Part shown: positions 36,549-47,400 of the stretch, piece after piece
Numbering within the stretch: position 1 is the stretch's first letter
Layout of the letters: every line of letters starts with the position of its first letter
Made by a program: the position numbers and the translations under genes
From: a virus
DNA length: 64,000 bases
IMG/VR virus record: IMGVR_UViG_3300045988_119069
Strand: one strand, 5' to 3'
The notes under the pieces: model-generated
Told to the model about the DNA's origin: nothing
What the model saw: only the letters and a program-made list of their open reading frames with translations
The model's database searches: none

Positions 36549-37400
36549 TTATAATGTCAAGTCAATACCAAATTCTCTTTCCAAGAACTCCTTCCAGTCC
36601 GGTTTCCCGAACAGCGAAACGTTAGCCTTCTGCCAATCCTTTTCGCGAGGGAAGAACACATCACGCGCAAACCATTCGTACACGTTGTCGTAGCGTTGAC
36701 GGACTTTTGCGTCGGGATGATTGTTCCAAAAGCGTTGCCCGGCACGTAGGTAGGCTCGTGCCATACGCGGATAATCCTTGAAGTAGAGGATGCGCTTGCG
36801 TTCTGTGGCGAGAGGGCAGCACATACAGCCGAGGCGTTTCGACACGTCGATTTGCCCCCGACTGGTATAATAGACTGGAGCGAGTGTCAGATGCCGATCT
36901 TCGACGAAAGCCAACACATCATTGTCCGTCCAATCGAGAATAGGATAAATGGCTTCCACATGATTGGCTTCCGTCTTACGACCGTAAAAACGGCATTCCG
37001 TAGGTTCGTTCTATCGCTCGTTGCGTTTCGAGCTCTCCGACTTCCTTACGCCCATGATGCACTTATCCATAACCTTATACTCCTTCAACTTCTCGCAACA
37101 GAATCTCGAGAAACGGTTAGGAAATCCCTTTTTCGCTACAATCTGAAAGAACGTTTCTTTTGGTCGGAGTATTTCGGCACCCATACGCTCCACATGGGCA
37201 ATCGTCCCTGGAGGGTCAATCGTAGTGTTGCGGTAGATGGCACGGAAGCGGATTCCTGCCTCCTTAGCCAGTTGCAGAATCACGTCCGAGTCTTTGCCAC
37301 CCGAATACGCCACCTCTATCTCACCGTCGTACCCATGCTGTATGCCTTGAAGCAGACGGATGGCACGGTCAATTTTCTTTTGTAAATCCTCTGTTACCAT
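36549..37400 (-). CDS. PAPS-reductase family PP-loop protein interrupted by one in-frame TAG (37011-37013); either a pseudogene or a read-through gene
   Basis: SGGKDS PP-loop and CCEKLK in the N-terminal half; PILDWT and GCMCCPL in the C-terminal half. Both track ORFs (37011..37400 and 36549..36959) are in the same frame with only the TAG between them. Confidence 0.75.
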
Positions 37401-37473
37401 ATCGTTGCTATATTGTTTTTGTTTATGAAGTTTATGTTATGCCTATTACTTCGCTAAGGTTATTCCTGTCACC

Positions 37474-38493
37474 TTATATTCCGTACTCCTTCAGATACCC
37501 CTCACACTTGAATCCCTTTCTTGGCATGAAGTCCTTAAAGTCGGTGGTGCAGAATATCATTCGCTTGTTGCACCATCGGGCCATATCCTTTTGCCATTCG
37601 GGGATGACGTGATTTGGATTTGTAGGGTTGCGGTATGGTTGTGCGTAGGCATACACGGCTCTGCCTTCATGGTTTTTGCGGAAGCGTTGCAGTCGCTCCC
37701 ACCAGTAGTGTAGACGGTGGTAACATTCTCGGAAGTTGTTCTTTCCGCCTATCATGGTATAGAGAAAGTATTCGCCACGGAATCCTGCATCATTGATTAG
37801 CTTCATGGCTCGTTCACATTCCGCTATCTGTGCCGTGGTGTCGCAACCGAAGCGGATGCGAGAGTCTATCCATTTCACTTTGCCCAACAGTTCTGCATAT
37901 TCGGTAGTGACAAGCCGTGCGTCCATCGCCTGATTGAAGTCGATATGATACCCTCCCCGAATGATTTTTTCCAACTGTTCTTTTGCATAGTCGCCAGCTG
38001 CAAGGATGTTGTTATCCATTAACACAACGTGCGTTCTGCCCCCGATGGCTATCTCTTCTATATCCATGTACGGACGGATGAACCCTTCCTTCTTTGGCAC
38101 CACACACCAAAAACACTTGTTGGGACAGCCCTCGGTCAGTTTGCCGTAAGCATGGTTCTTTGGCACCCATGGGAACAACTCGTATAGCGGTTGCAGTCGG
38201 TCTATCTCGTCGGGAAGACGCTTATAGATGTCGTAGCCAGTGCCACCCTTCTCCAGTCGGTCGTAGGAGAACTGCCGAAAGTCGATGTCGGGCGAAAAGT
38301 TGAAAACCTTGCTGGCATACAGTATATCGTAATGATGCCTGTCGAAAAGGTCGGTAGGTTGTGCCCATTCCACTTCATCGCCCCTTGTCGTGTACCAACG
38401 GGCAATCTTGCCGAGAGCCACGTTAGGGTATATCGTAGCTCCCCGTTTCTTTTTGCCGTGTCGTCCGTCCACGTCTATGAGTCCTATTTTCAT
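37474..38493 (-). CDS. radical SAM protein (339 aa)
   Basis: CX3CX2C cluster motif GCPNKCFWC; Rossmann-like N-terminus MKIGLIDVDG. Confidence 0.75.
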   Translation of the reverse strand: MKIGLIDVDGRHGKKKRGATIYPNVALGKIARWYTTRGDEVEWAQPTDLFDRHHYDILYASKVFNFSPDIDFRQFSYDRLEKGGTGYDIYKRLPDEIDRLQPLYELFPWVPKNHAYGKLTEGCPNKCFWCVVPKKEGFIRPYMDIEEIAIGGRTHVVLMDNNILAAGDYAKEQLEKIIRGGYHIDFNQAMDARLVTTEYAELLGKVKWIDSRIRFGCDTTAQIAECERAMKLINDAGFRGEYFLYTMIGGKNNFRECYHRLHYWWERLQRFRKNHEGRAVYAYAQPYRNPTNPNHVIPEWQKDMARWCNKRMIFCTTDFKDFMPRKGFKCEGYLKEYGI

Positions 38494-38514
38494 CTCTATT
38501 CCTTATGTTTCCGT

Positions 38515-39321
38515 TTATTCCGCGTCATCCGTTGGCTCGGAATTATTTGTCAATTTGCTTTCTTTCATGTACCCGTGTCTAATCACATCCTCCTCGTCCT
38601 TCTCCTCCATATACTCGAAGTAGTCCGGCTCTTCCGGCTTCTCCCCACTCAGCAGTTCCTCGTCTTCTATCTCCTGCAGGTCCTTGGTAGTAAGACCATA
38701 CTTGCGAGCCATGCGTAGCTTCTCCTCCTCGGTGTAGTTGATGCGGTCGCGCTTCACGATGCTCACGTCCTGCGTGATGGCAATGTGGCTCATGTCCGGC
38801 ATCTCGTCCGTAGCATCGCGCTCCTCCTGGAAGTTGCCATACACATTAGCTAAGGCTTCCATGCCCTTCGCCACAGCACGGTCGTTGTTCTGTTGCTTGC
38901 CTGTGCGGATAAGCCATTCTGCCGAGCTGAGGAACATGGCTTTATGACGCGGACTGTCATCCGTCTGGAAGAAACTTATAAGATGGTTGCATACTGTCAC
39001 GTCGTTGTTAATTTCCGTGACAGTACGCGGACGGATATTCCCCTCGTCGTCGAGCGAAATCTTCAGAGCAAGCATTAATGCCTGAGCCTCTTCGTTGCCT
39101 TGGGCGGCTTGATTGAAGAATATCTCATAGTCACGCCGGGCAATATTGCGGCACACGGTGTGAGGGTCAATATCCTTGTTATGCTCCCACCGTTTGTAAA
39201 ATTCAAAGCACACCTGCATACGGTAGCGTTGCTCCAGCTTGGGAAACGCCTTCTCAATGGATGTGCCGTAGCTCAACCACTTGTCTATACGGGCGAGCGT
39301 GTTTTGCGTAAGTCCTGACAT
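38515..39321 (-). CDS. hypothetical protein (268 aa); small-terminase candidate by position only
   Basis: First gene of the minus-strand packaging operon; acidic C-terminus. Confidence 0.6.
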   Translation of the reverse strand: MSGLTQNTLARIDKWLSYGTSIEKAFPKLEQRYRMQVCFEFYKRWEHNKDIDPHTVCRNIARRDYEIFFNQAAQGNEEAQALMLALKISLDDEGNIRPRTVTEINNDVTVCNHLISFFQTDDSPRHKAMFLSSAEWLIRTGKQQNNDRAVAKGMEALANVYGNFQEERDATDEMPDMSHIAITQDVSIVKRDRINYTEEEKLRMARKYGLTTKDLQEIEDEELLSGEKPEEPDYFEYMEEKDEEDVIRHGYMKESKLTNNSEPTDDAE

Positions 39322-39360
39322 ATCATCATCGTTTTATGTTGTCTCAGACGAACTTCAGTT

Positions 39361-39448
39361 ATCATCGAATGAATCGAACTGTTGCTCGTGGTTTTTTTTG
39401 AACAACGAATTTCACGAATTGTTTGCTTCATTCGTTTCATTCGATGAC
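39361..39448. repeat. intergenic hairpin element (CATCGAAT subfamily) in the divergent control region
   Basis: ATCATCGAATGAATCGAAC ... TTCATTCGTTTCATTCGATGA. Confidence 0.65.
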
Positions 39449-39643
39449 TCTTCTTATCCGTCCCCAACGTTTCTATATTCGTGTAATTAGTTATTACCGC
39501 ATCTGAGCGTGTTTTATCTTTTGTTGTTATCTCGCTTGTAAAGTTACGATATTCCTCCTCCCCCATACGGACATCCTCAACCTCCCCGTACCCCACCCTG
39601 TCCGCTGTGAGTAGCAGCTTATAGCTATCTTTGTTGCATAAAA

Positions 39644-39657
39644 TTCAGGACAACAAC
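39644..39657 (+). promoter_or_regulatory. late-gene leader motif TTCAGGACAACAAC
   Basis: Related copies lie at 53947-53960, 57045-57059 and on the minus strand at 35111-35123. Each is followed by an A/C-rich leader and an ATG. Confidence 0.45.
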
Positions 39658-39680
39658 AACACAAAAACACAACACAAAAC

Positions 39681-40205
39681 ATGAACAATCCATTCTATGT
39701 CTCGCGAGCCATTGCCGCAGTGCTCGGCTTGCTGTGGGTTCACATAGAACCCTCTATTGATTTTATCACCGTGTGCTTCTTCGCCCTCATCATCGACTGC
39801 TATACGGCTTGGCGTTGCAACCGTCGTATCTACCAACGATACCGCGAGGAGATAAAGCGCAACCCGAAGTGTAAGATGGACGGTAAGCTGCGCTCCAAGA
39901 AGATGGCAAAGATGGTGTGGACCTTCTCCGTGCTTATCATGTGCATCTGCCTTGCCTCGTATCTTGACCGCAACATTCTCGGCTACATGAACACTCACCT
40001 CGCCAACCAGCTCACGGCCATGTACTGCCTGGTGCAGTTCGTCTCTATTCTCGAAAACGAGAGCACCTGCAACGGAGCGGCTTGGGCAAGAGTGCTGCAA
40101 AAGATTGTGGCAGACAAGACCGAGCGACACTTCAACGTGAAGCTGAAGGAGCTGATGAAGGACAAGGAGGAAGCGGAGGAAGCCGCTGACACCACGAAAG
40201 AATAA
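39681..40205 (+). CDS. holin-like membrane protein (phage_holin_4-like)
   Basis: Three or four TM segments. The FVSILENE motif resembles the conserved SILEN(A/L) of that holin family (from memory). Confidence 0.5.
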   Translation: MNNPFYVSRAIAAVLGLLWVHIEPSIDFITVCFFALIIDCYTAWRCNRRIYQRYREEIKRNPKCKMDGKLRSKKMAKMVWTFSVLIMCICLASYLDRNILGYMNTHLANQLTAMYCLVQFVSILENESTCNGAAWARVLQKIVADKTERHFNVKLKELMKDKEEAEEAADTTKE

Positions 40206-40227
40206 CTATCCGCGGATGATGTTTTAT

Positions 40228-40290
40228 GCCAACGGATAACACGAAGGACACGAATACGAAAAATCCGTGATATTCGTACTATCCGTTGGC
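40228..40290 (+). repeat. intergenic hairpin element (CCAACGGAT variant)
   Basis: GCCAACGGATA ... TATCCGTTGGC forms a perfect 11-bp outer stem. Inner words are CGAAG/CGAAT/CGAAA against ATCCG/ATTCG. Confidence 0.75.
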
Positions 40291-40310
40291 AACAAAAAAC
40301 AAGCAGTACT

Positions 40311-40901
40311 ATGACAATAAGCAATATTCTTGAGCATTGGGCTTCCATCTACAAGCCCCTATCTCACAAACCTGAAAGCGAACGCTTGGAAGACCAGAGC
40401 TTCTTCCGCATCCGCTGCATCGACCTTGAGAACATTTTTTCCAGAAACGCCAACATCGTTCACTCGCCGTGTATGCTATACAGCATCATTACCACTGGTG
40501 AACTCGTTGACGCAAAGAAGGCATCTGTCTCTCAGCAGGTGTGGTTTCTCGCTAAAGTAAAAGACACACCGCAGACCCTTGGCCGTTACGACGGTCGCAA
40601 GATGGAACAGACAGCCGAAAGTCTGAAGGACTATTGTAAAGACCTCGTGTCGTGGCTTCTTGAGGTGAAGCGCACAGGCCGCTGTCCCGTCACAAAGCGC
40701 AGCTTTGCCGATGATGCCGTAGTGATGGCAGAGCTGCAAAGCATCGACACCAGTTCTATCTCCTTCGGCATGGTGGGCGACATCTATGCCGGACAATGGC
40801 TCGTGGTGGGCATGGACTGGAAGAGCCTGCAGCCGCTCTACAACTTCGCGTGTGGCAGCAACGGAAAGTATATCGTGCCGAAAGAGGACTTAAAAGGATA
40901 G
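40311..40901 (+). CDS. hypothetical structural-module protein (196 aa)
   Basis: ORF track; upstream of the tape measure gene. Confidence 0.6.
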   Translation: MTISNILEHWASIYKPLSHKPESERLEDQSFFRIRCIDLENIFSRNANIVHSPCMLYSIITTGELVDAKKASVSQQVWFLAKVKDTPQTLGRYDGRKMEQTAESLKDYCKDLVSWLLEVKRTGRCPVTKRSFADDAVVMAELQSIDTSSISFGMVGDIYAGQWLVVGMDWKSLQPLYNFACGSNGKYIVPKEDLKG

Positions 40902-40912
40902 GAGGGTAGGGC

Positions 40913-41473
40913 ATGGCACGTTTCATTTCTCCCGTACAAAAGCCTTTTGCACCTCTGTCGCGGGTAGCTCCGCTGTATCTCGACCAGACTCTTATGGACC
41001 TTGAGAAGAATATGCAAGCACAGCGTATTTATCCAACTGAGGTTTATAAGGGCTATGAGGAAATCAATCAATACCGCAAGAAGCATGGAATGTGGTGGTC
41101 TACCGGAGAGGGCGCAAAGTCGTTTGAAGGACACATCTATCAAGCCGACGACCAAAAAGGATTGCTCACGGTAGGTATTCGCTATAACGACTATTTGCGA
41201 TATGTTGACCTTGGTGTAGGCTTGACGGGCAAAATATATGTTCATGCGGAAGACGTAGACCGAGCACGTCCGGCAAAGAACGCCAAACGATACATTCGTG
41301 GCAAGTGGGACCGCAAACAAGGTAAATCACACCGTCCTGCCATCATGCGAACCATACGCAGATTGCGCGACCGCTATCGCAATTATCTTGCTGACTTCTA
41401 CGGTTATCAAGGTGGCATTGAAATTATCTATGCACTGGAAGGACTTGGCGAATACGCTAAATCTACATTCTAA
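40913..41473 (+). CDS. hypothetical structural-module protein (186 aa)
   Basis: ORF track; immediately upstream of the tape measure gene. Confidence 0.6.
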   Translation: MARFISPVQKPFAPLSRVAPLYLDQTLMDLEKNMQAQRIYPTEVYKGYEEINQYRKKHGMWWSTGEGAKSFEGHIYQADDQKGLLTVGIRYNDYLRYVDLGVGLTGKIYVHAEDVDRARPAKNAKRYIRGKWDRKQGKSHRPAIMRTIRRLRDRYRNYLADFYGYQGGIEIIYALEGLGEYAKSTF

Positions 41474-41497
41474 CTTTAATTCAACACAAAAACTATT

Positions 41498-44400
41498 ATG
41501 GCAAATTTAAAGACCGAAATAATCCTCTCTATGAATGGCAAGGCGGCTATCCAGGTGCTTGAAGCTCTGCGTGATAAAGCCAAGGCCGTAAGAGAGGAAA
41601 TAGACAATCTTGATAAGAACGCTCCCGACTTTAAGGAGCAGAAAGCCGGACTGGAGAAAGTGTATGATGCCTTGCAGTCGGCACACGAGAATGTTATTAA
41701 GGACACGGAACGACTGGACCATGCCCTTCAAAATCTTACGTCCACCTCACTTCAGAATCTTCGCAAGGCTTTGGGCGACGGTCGCCGTCAGTTGCAGAAG
41801 CTATCGGAAGACGAACTGGAACAAGCCGATGAACTAAGAAAGAAGATGAAGCAGATAGGCGATGAGGTCCGTCTGCTTGAGGGTCAGTATGTCAAGATAG
41901 CCGATGGTTTAAAGAATGTCTCCAATCAGTCAGACCAATGGCTCGACAAGGCTATCAAGCAACAGCGCGACCTCGTAGGGTCTTTGGAAAAATCGGATGC
42001 GTCGTATCAGCAGAATCTTGCTACATTGAAGCAACTTGAAGCCGAGGAGGACAGACGCAAAGGCAAGATGAACGTGGCAGAGGCACGTCAAACGGTAAGT
42101 GATGACAATGCCTCTGCTTCGGATTTGCGTCGTGCAAAAGCAACACTTACGGAAGCTCGTGACAAGACAGCCATCGGCAAGACTGGAGAGATCGATTCTT
42201 ACAACCGTGACCTCCAAGAGATAGAGAAGCGACTGGAGGCTGTGTCGGGTAAGGCGCAGAAGGTGGCAATGAGTTGGAACGAGGCAAAACAGGTGTTAGC
42301 TGCGCCAAACAAGGCTACTGGCGAGGACATCAAGCGCACGATGGAAGTGATACAGCAGAAGATACAGCAACTCCCTGCTGGTAGCAAGTTTGTGGCCGAC
42401 CTCCGTCGCCAATACTCCATGCTCGAACAGACCCTCAAGGGCACCCGTATGTCGCAGAGTGCTCTCAACGACATTCTCGCCCGTAGCAAGAAGGGTAAAG
42501 CCTCCCTCGATGAACTGCGCCGTGCCTACAAACAGCTCGAAGATGAACTGAACCAAATCAACATCAAGAGCAAGGAGTTTGCCGACAAGCAGAAGTCGAT
42601 GAAGGAGCTGAAGAAGAACATCGACGAGGTGACGGGCGCAGCCAATAAGCAGGGTGGGGCATGGCATACAGCGATGAAGAACCTCACGGCATACGTCGGA
42701 TTGTTTGCGATATTCAATCATGTAAAAGACCTCGTTGCGGGTGCCATCAAGAAAAACTTTGAGTATTCGGGTTCGTTGACTGACATCCGTAAAGTCAGCG
42801 GTCTAACGATGGAGCAGGTAAAACAACTCTCCACCGAACTGGCTAAAATAGACACCAGAACAAGCGTAGATGGGCTTGCACAGCTCGCGTATGAGGCATC
42901 TAAGCTCGGCGTAGGAAAGTACGGAGTTGAAGGTATGGCCCAATTTGTAAGAGCCGCCGATAAAATTAACGTAGCAATCGGCGAGGAAATGGGTGAAAAG
43001 GCCCTCCCATCATTACTGAAGATGACGGAAGTGATGGGTCTTATCCCGAAGATGGGACTCGAGAAATCCATTGAAGCTGTAGGATCTTCCATGTTTAAGT
43101 TGGCTTCTACATCTACTGCCACGAGCAGTGACATTACTGAGTTTGCAAAGCGATGTACGGGTGTGGCACGAACCGCCGGTATAACAACCGACCAGTTGCT
43201 CGCCCTTGGTAGTGCGTTCAGTGCGCAGATGGCTTCGCCCGAAGTTGCAGCCACCGCTATGTCTAAGTTTATTGTGGCGTTGCAGAAGAACCATAACTTG
43301 ATAGAAAAAGACCTTGCTATCCCTGCCGGAACCATCAACAGTATGTATCAGGCAGGTAACGCTATGGATGCTATTGTCCTTATTCTTGAGAAGATGAAGG
43401 AGAAGGGCAACATGAACGCCCTTGGCGAAATCTTCAAGGATGTAGGTGGCGACGGTCAGCGTCTTATTTCTTCCATGGTTACTATGGCTAAGAACGTGGA
43501 TATGCTGAAAGACCATCTTTACGAGTCGCAGGAAGCCTTTGAGGAAGCCACTGCCGTAGGTAAGGAATACTCGATGCAGCAACAGTCGGCCATCGGCATA
43601 CTCGAAAGAGCCAATAACCTTTGGGAAAAGGCGTTTGTCAATCCCGACGGTGTGGATGCAGTAAAGAGTCTGGCAGAATTTTGGTATGAAATGTCGGCAA
43701 CGATGACAAACAGCCCGTTGTTGAAAGGTACGTTGCAGATTGCTTTACAGATGGTTCTTATTTCGCTAAAAGGTCTCGCTACATTTCTTCCAGTGATTAT
43801 TGGATATATGGCATCGCAAGGTGTATATTCTGGCCTGAGACTTCTGTGGCAATATGTAGTAGCACTCGGTATGGCTGGAAAGGCCATGTTCCAATATGTA
43901 AGAGCTCTTTTCACGGCTAACGCAGCACAAAGCACGTTAAACAAGACAATGAAGCTGAATCCGTGGATAGCTCTCGCGAGTGTCATTATCGGCGTAGCTG
44001 GAGCTATATATGGTTATACGCAGCGAGCAAAGGAAGCGGCTGAAGCAGCAAAAGAAGCGCAGCGTCAGGCAAACGCATGGCGTGAAACTCTCGGACAAGC
44101 CGCTGTAGAGACCAGCAATCTAAATAAAAAGCTCGCAAATTACAAGCGGATGATGAGTGAGGCAAACCTCTCACAAAAGGAACGCCAGGGACTCATATCG
44201 CGCTTTAATAGGGAATTTCGTTCTTATATCAACAAACTTGGTATTGAGATTAAGAGCGTAAAGGATTTGCGCGATCATTATTCAGAACTGGCACAGGAGG
44301 CTCAGAGATCTACTTATTATCGTATGCGTGAACAGGCAAAGCAACAAGCATTGCCTAAGTTGGATTCCAACCGAAATGCCGCTTCCAACGCATTGATGGC

Positions 44401-47400
44401 TCATGTAGAGAAGTTAGGACTGACAAAACTCGGTGTCACATTCCAGGACATAGACCGATGGGTAAGTGCAGGAATGGGTGGCGATGCGTTGTTTATGAAA
44501 TTGGTAAAAATGGCTCCGAAGGACAAGACTGGCTTGGTTGATGGGTTTAATTGGAAAATAGGCAAACAGGGATATATCTATCGCGATACTTACGACAAAA
44601 ACCGCAAGGCGGCTCCTGCTACAGACTTTAAGACACAGACGGATCTCGTTGATTTTCTTTCTGCTTCTCGTTGGTATGTTAATGCGACAAGAAGAAGATC
44701 GAATACGCTAATTCAGATTGATAAGTCTTATAAAAACTGGGTTCCCGTAGGATATACAGATTATACTGAAGACGATCCAGGAACTCTCGGAAAAGACGCT
44801 CCAGATAAGGACGCAATCGCGCAGGAAAAACGAGACAAACGCGACCGTGAGCGTGCTTGGCGTGAAGAACTGAAGCAGAAGCAAGACCAGGCGAAGGCTA
44901 TCATGGACGATGTGGATAACTACTATGACCGTCAGATTAACGCTAAGTTGGCTCAAGCCATATCTCTTAATATGGATGAAGCCGAACAGAAGCAGTTTGT
45001 CCTCCCTCTTAAGCAAAACAAGGAAATAGCTCGTTCGCAGGTGCGTCTTGCGGTTGCAGGTCAACCGAATAAGTGGGAGGACGCAAAGAAGATGATGGCT
45101 GCTGATATGGTGGAGCAAGCGGACGAGACGGGTGTAAACCTTTCAAAAGATTTGCTTGACGGTATATTGAAAAACGACATCGAAAATTTGCGCAAACTTA
45201 TGGAGCAGTTGGGCAAAGGCCTCGGTCTGTCTATGAACTCCATCACAGCGCAAATCTTCGCAAAAGCCACACGCAGCGAGCAGGAACTTCTGAAGATGCA
45301 GTTCAAACAGATGGAGGCACGCCGTAAGATTGCGATGGAGCACGACTATACGGGTATTGTTCAGCAAAACTCGTATGACAACTTCAATGAAATGGGTTAT
45401 TCTGCGCCTACAAAGGAGGAGACAACCGTTACAAAGAAGATGGTTGACGGTAAGGAGATTCTCGACAATTCGGCTTTCGAGAAGCGCAAGAAGATCATTA
45501 AAGAGATGTTCGAGGCGGCTCGCCGGAATATTGCCCAGCTCTATACGATTGATGTTACTACTACAAAGGGTAGGGGAATGTTGATGAAGATGCTCTTTGG
45601 CGATGATCCCGACGGCATGGCAGCTCGTATCAAGACATCGTTAGGTGAGAGCGAAGATAGCTGGAAGGCTTTTTATCAGAACCTTATCCAGTATTCGGAC
45701 AATTATGCGGAAGCTGAAAAAAAGAAGTACGACTCTGCAAAGAAAATAGTTGATTTTTGGTGGTCCTCCAATAAGCGCAATCTTGCCCAACAAACAAAAC
45801 TGCGCAAGATGGAGAACGAAAGCAAGATGTTCGGCAAACGCACAAACCTTCTCTCTAATCTCGGTCTCGCAAACCTTACAGCCGACCCTGAGATAGAATT
45901 AATGAAGGCGCGTATGCAAGCTGCTGAAGACTATTACGCCTTTGTAGAACGTAACACGAAGAACAAGCAGCTTATCGACGAAGCCGAACGTGCCCGTCAG
46001 GAGGCGGAACTTGCCTATGCAAATCAGATGGCAACAGCTATGAAGTCGCGCCTCTCGCAGATGAAGGAACTTGTGCAGCCCATTGAGGATTTTGGCGGAG
46101 CCGTAGGACAGGCTCTTGCCGAAATGCGCTATGATGCCGAGAGCGCAAACGACGCTATAAAGTCTGCCCTCAAGTCTATGCTTGAATCATGGGGAAAGAT
46201 GGCACTTAACGATGTGAACACACAAATGTGGAAAGCCATTAACGATGCCGCTGCCAAAAAAGGTAAGGCGAACGCACAGCCTGATATAGACGCGGCCCGT
46301 GCAAATGCCAATGCAAATGTTATTATGCCTGACTTCACCAATATTGGTACGGAGCAGAATCCGGTGTGGGTGCGCATCGTTGACAATCATTATGAGAACG
46401 CCAACGGCGACCGTGTGGGTGCTCCACGAGCATGGCGCAAGCGCAATGGTTATTCCACTGAAGACGACCGCGACGGATTTGCCCAATATGTAGGACAGGT
46501 AGGTGGCGAAGTCGCAGGTGTGGTTACAAGTGGTGGCTCTTTGTCTGATGTTGCAGCAAACGGATTAGGAGCAGCCCTTAACGTCCCTATTAGTGGCAAG
46601 GGAAAAAGCTCAAAAGACAAGGACAATCAGCTCAAGAAGGAAAAGAATCATCAAAAGGCTCTTACCAAGGAGGTAAAGAAGGGGCTTTCCGACCGAGAGA
46701 AGGCTACTGATAAAGGCGTAAAGAATATCACGAAGTCAACCGAACAAGGCAATGACGAACAAAGCAAGGGTACGGAATTAGCGCAAAAAGGCATGCTTGC
46801 AGGAACCGAGAAGTTCCTGAATACTTCCTTCCAACTCAAGCAGAAGAACAATGACGAGCAGGCAAACGCAGACGCGGATCTTGCAGAGAAACAAATGACG
46901 TTTTCTATTGCTGGTGCCATTGGTAAGTGTTTTCAGTTCTTAGGCCCGATTGCCGGACCTATCGCAGCAGCCGTAGTAATGTCAACTCTTACGGGATTGA
47001 TGCAGTGGGCGTTAAGCTCGGCTTTCAATAAGAAGAAAAGTTCTTCCAAAGGTCCGAATACTAAGGTTGTTTCCGGCATGCTCACCTACGACTCCGGTAA
47101 CGTGCAAGACCTCCGTCCGTTCGTCGGCAACGATGGCAGTCTTTATTGGGCAACCGAGGACAATAAGCCACACGACGGCGTAAACCTCCTTACACGTCCT
47201 ACCGCCACCACCATCAACGGTCATCCGTCCCTGGTAGCCGAGAATGGTCCAGAGTTGGTAATCGGCCGAGAGACCACGCAAGCCATGATGATGAACAACC
47301 CACAACTATTGAAGGCTCTCGTCAATTACGACCGCAACTATTCAGGTCGCCGCGCCTACGACAACGGCAATGTAGCCGAAACAAGCCCCACAGTAGCCGC

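Noticed and set aside
39545-39600. A C-rich tract with G-runs (GGG, GGGG, GGGG, GGGGG) on the minus strand, which could form a G-quadruplex upstream of the minus-strand operon.
   Set aside because: One loop would be about 19 nt and there is no independent support. This is speculative.
41298-41510. A 70-aa ORF overlapping the end of gene 40913-41473, considered as a G/GT-type chaperone frameshift partner upstream of the tape measure gene.
   Set aside because: There is no slippery heptamer at the overlap, and the translation (hydrophobic, Cys/Thr-rich) does not look like an extension. The better frameshift candidate is at 57629.
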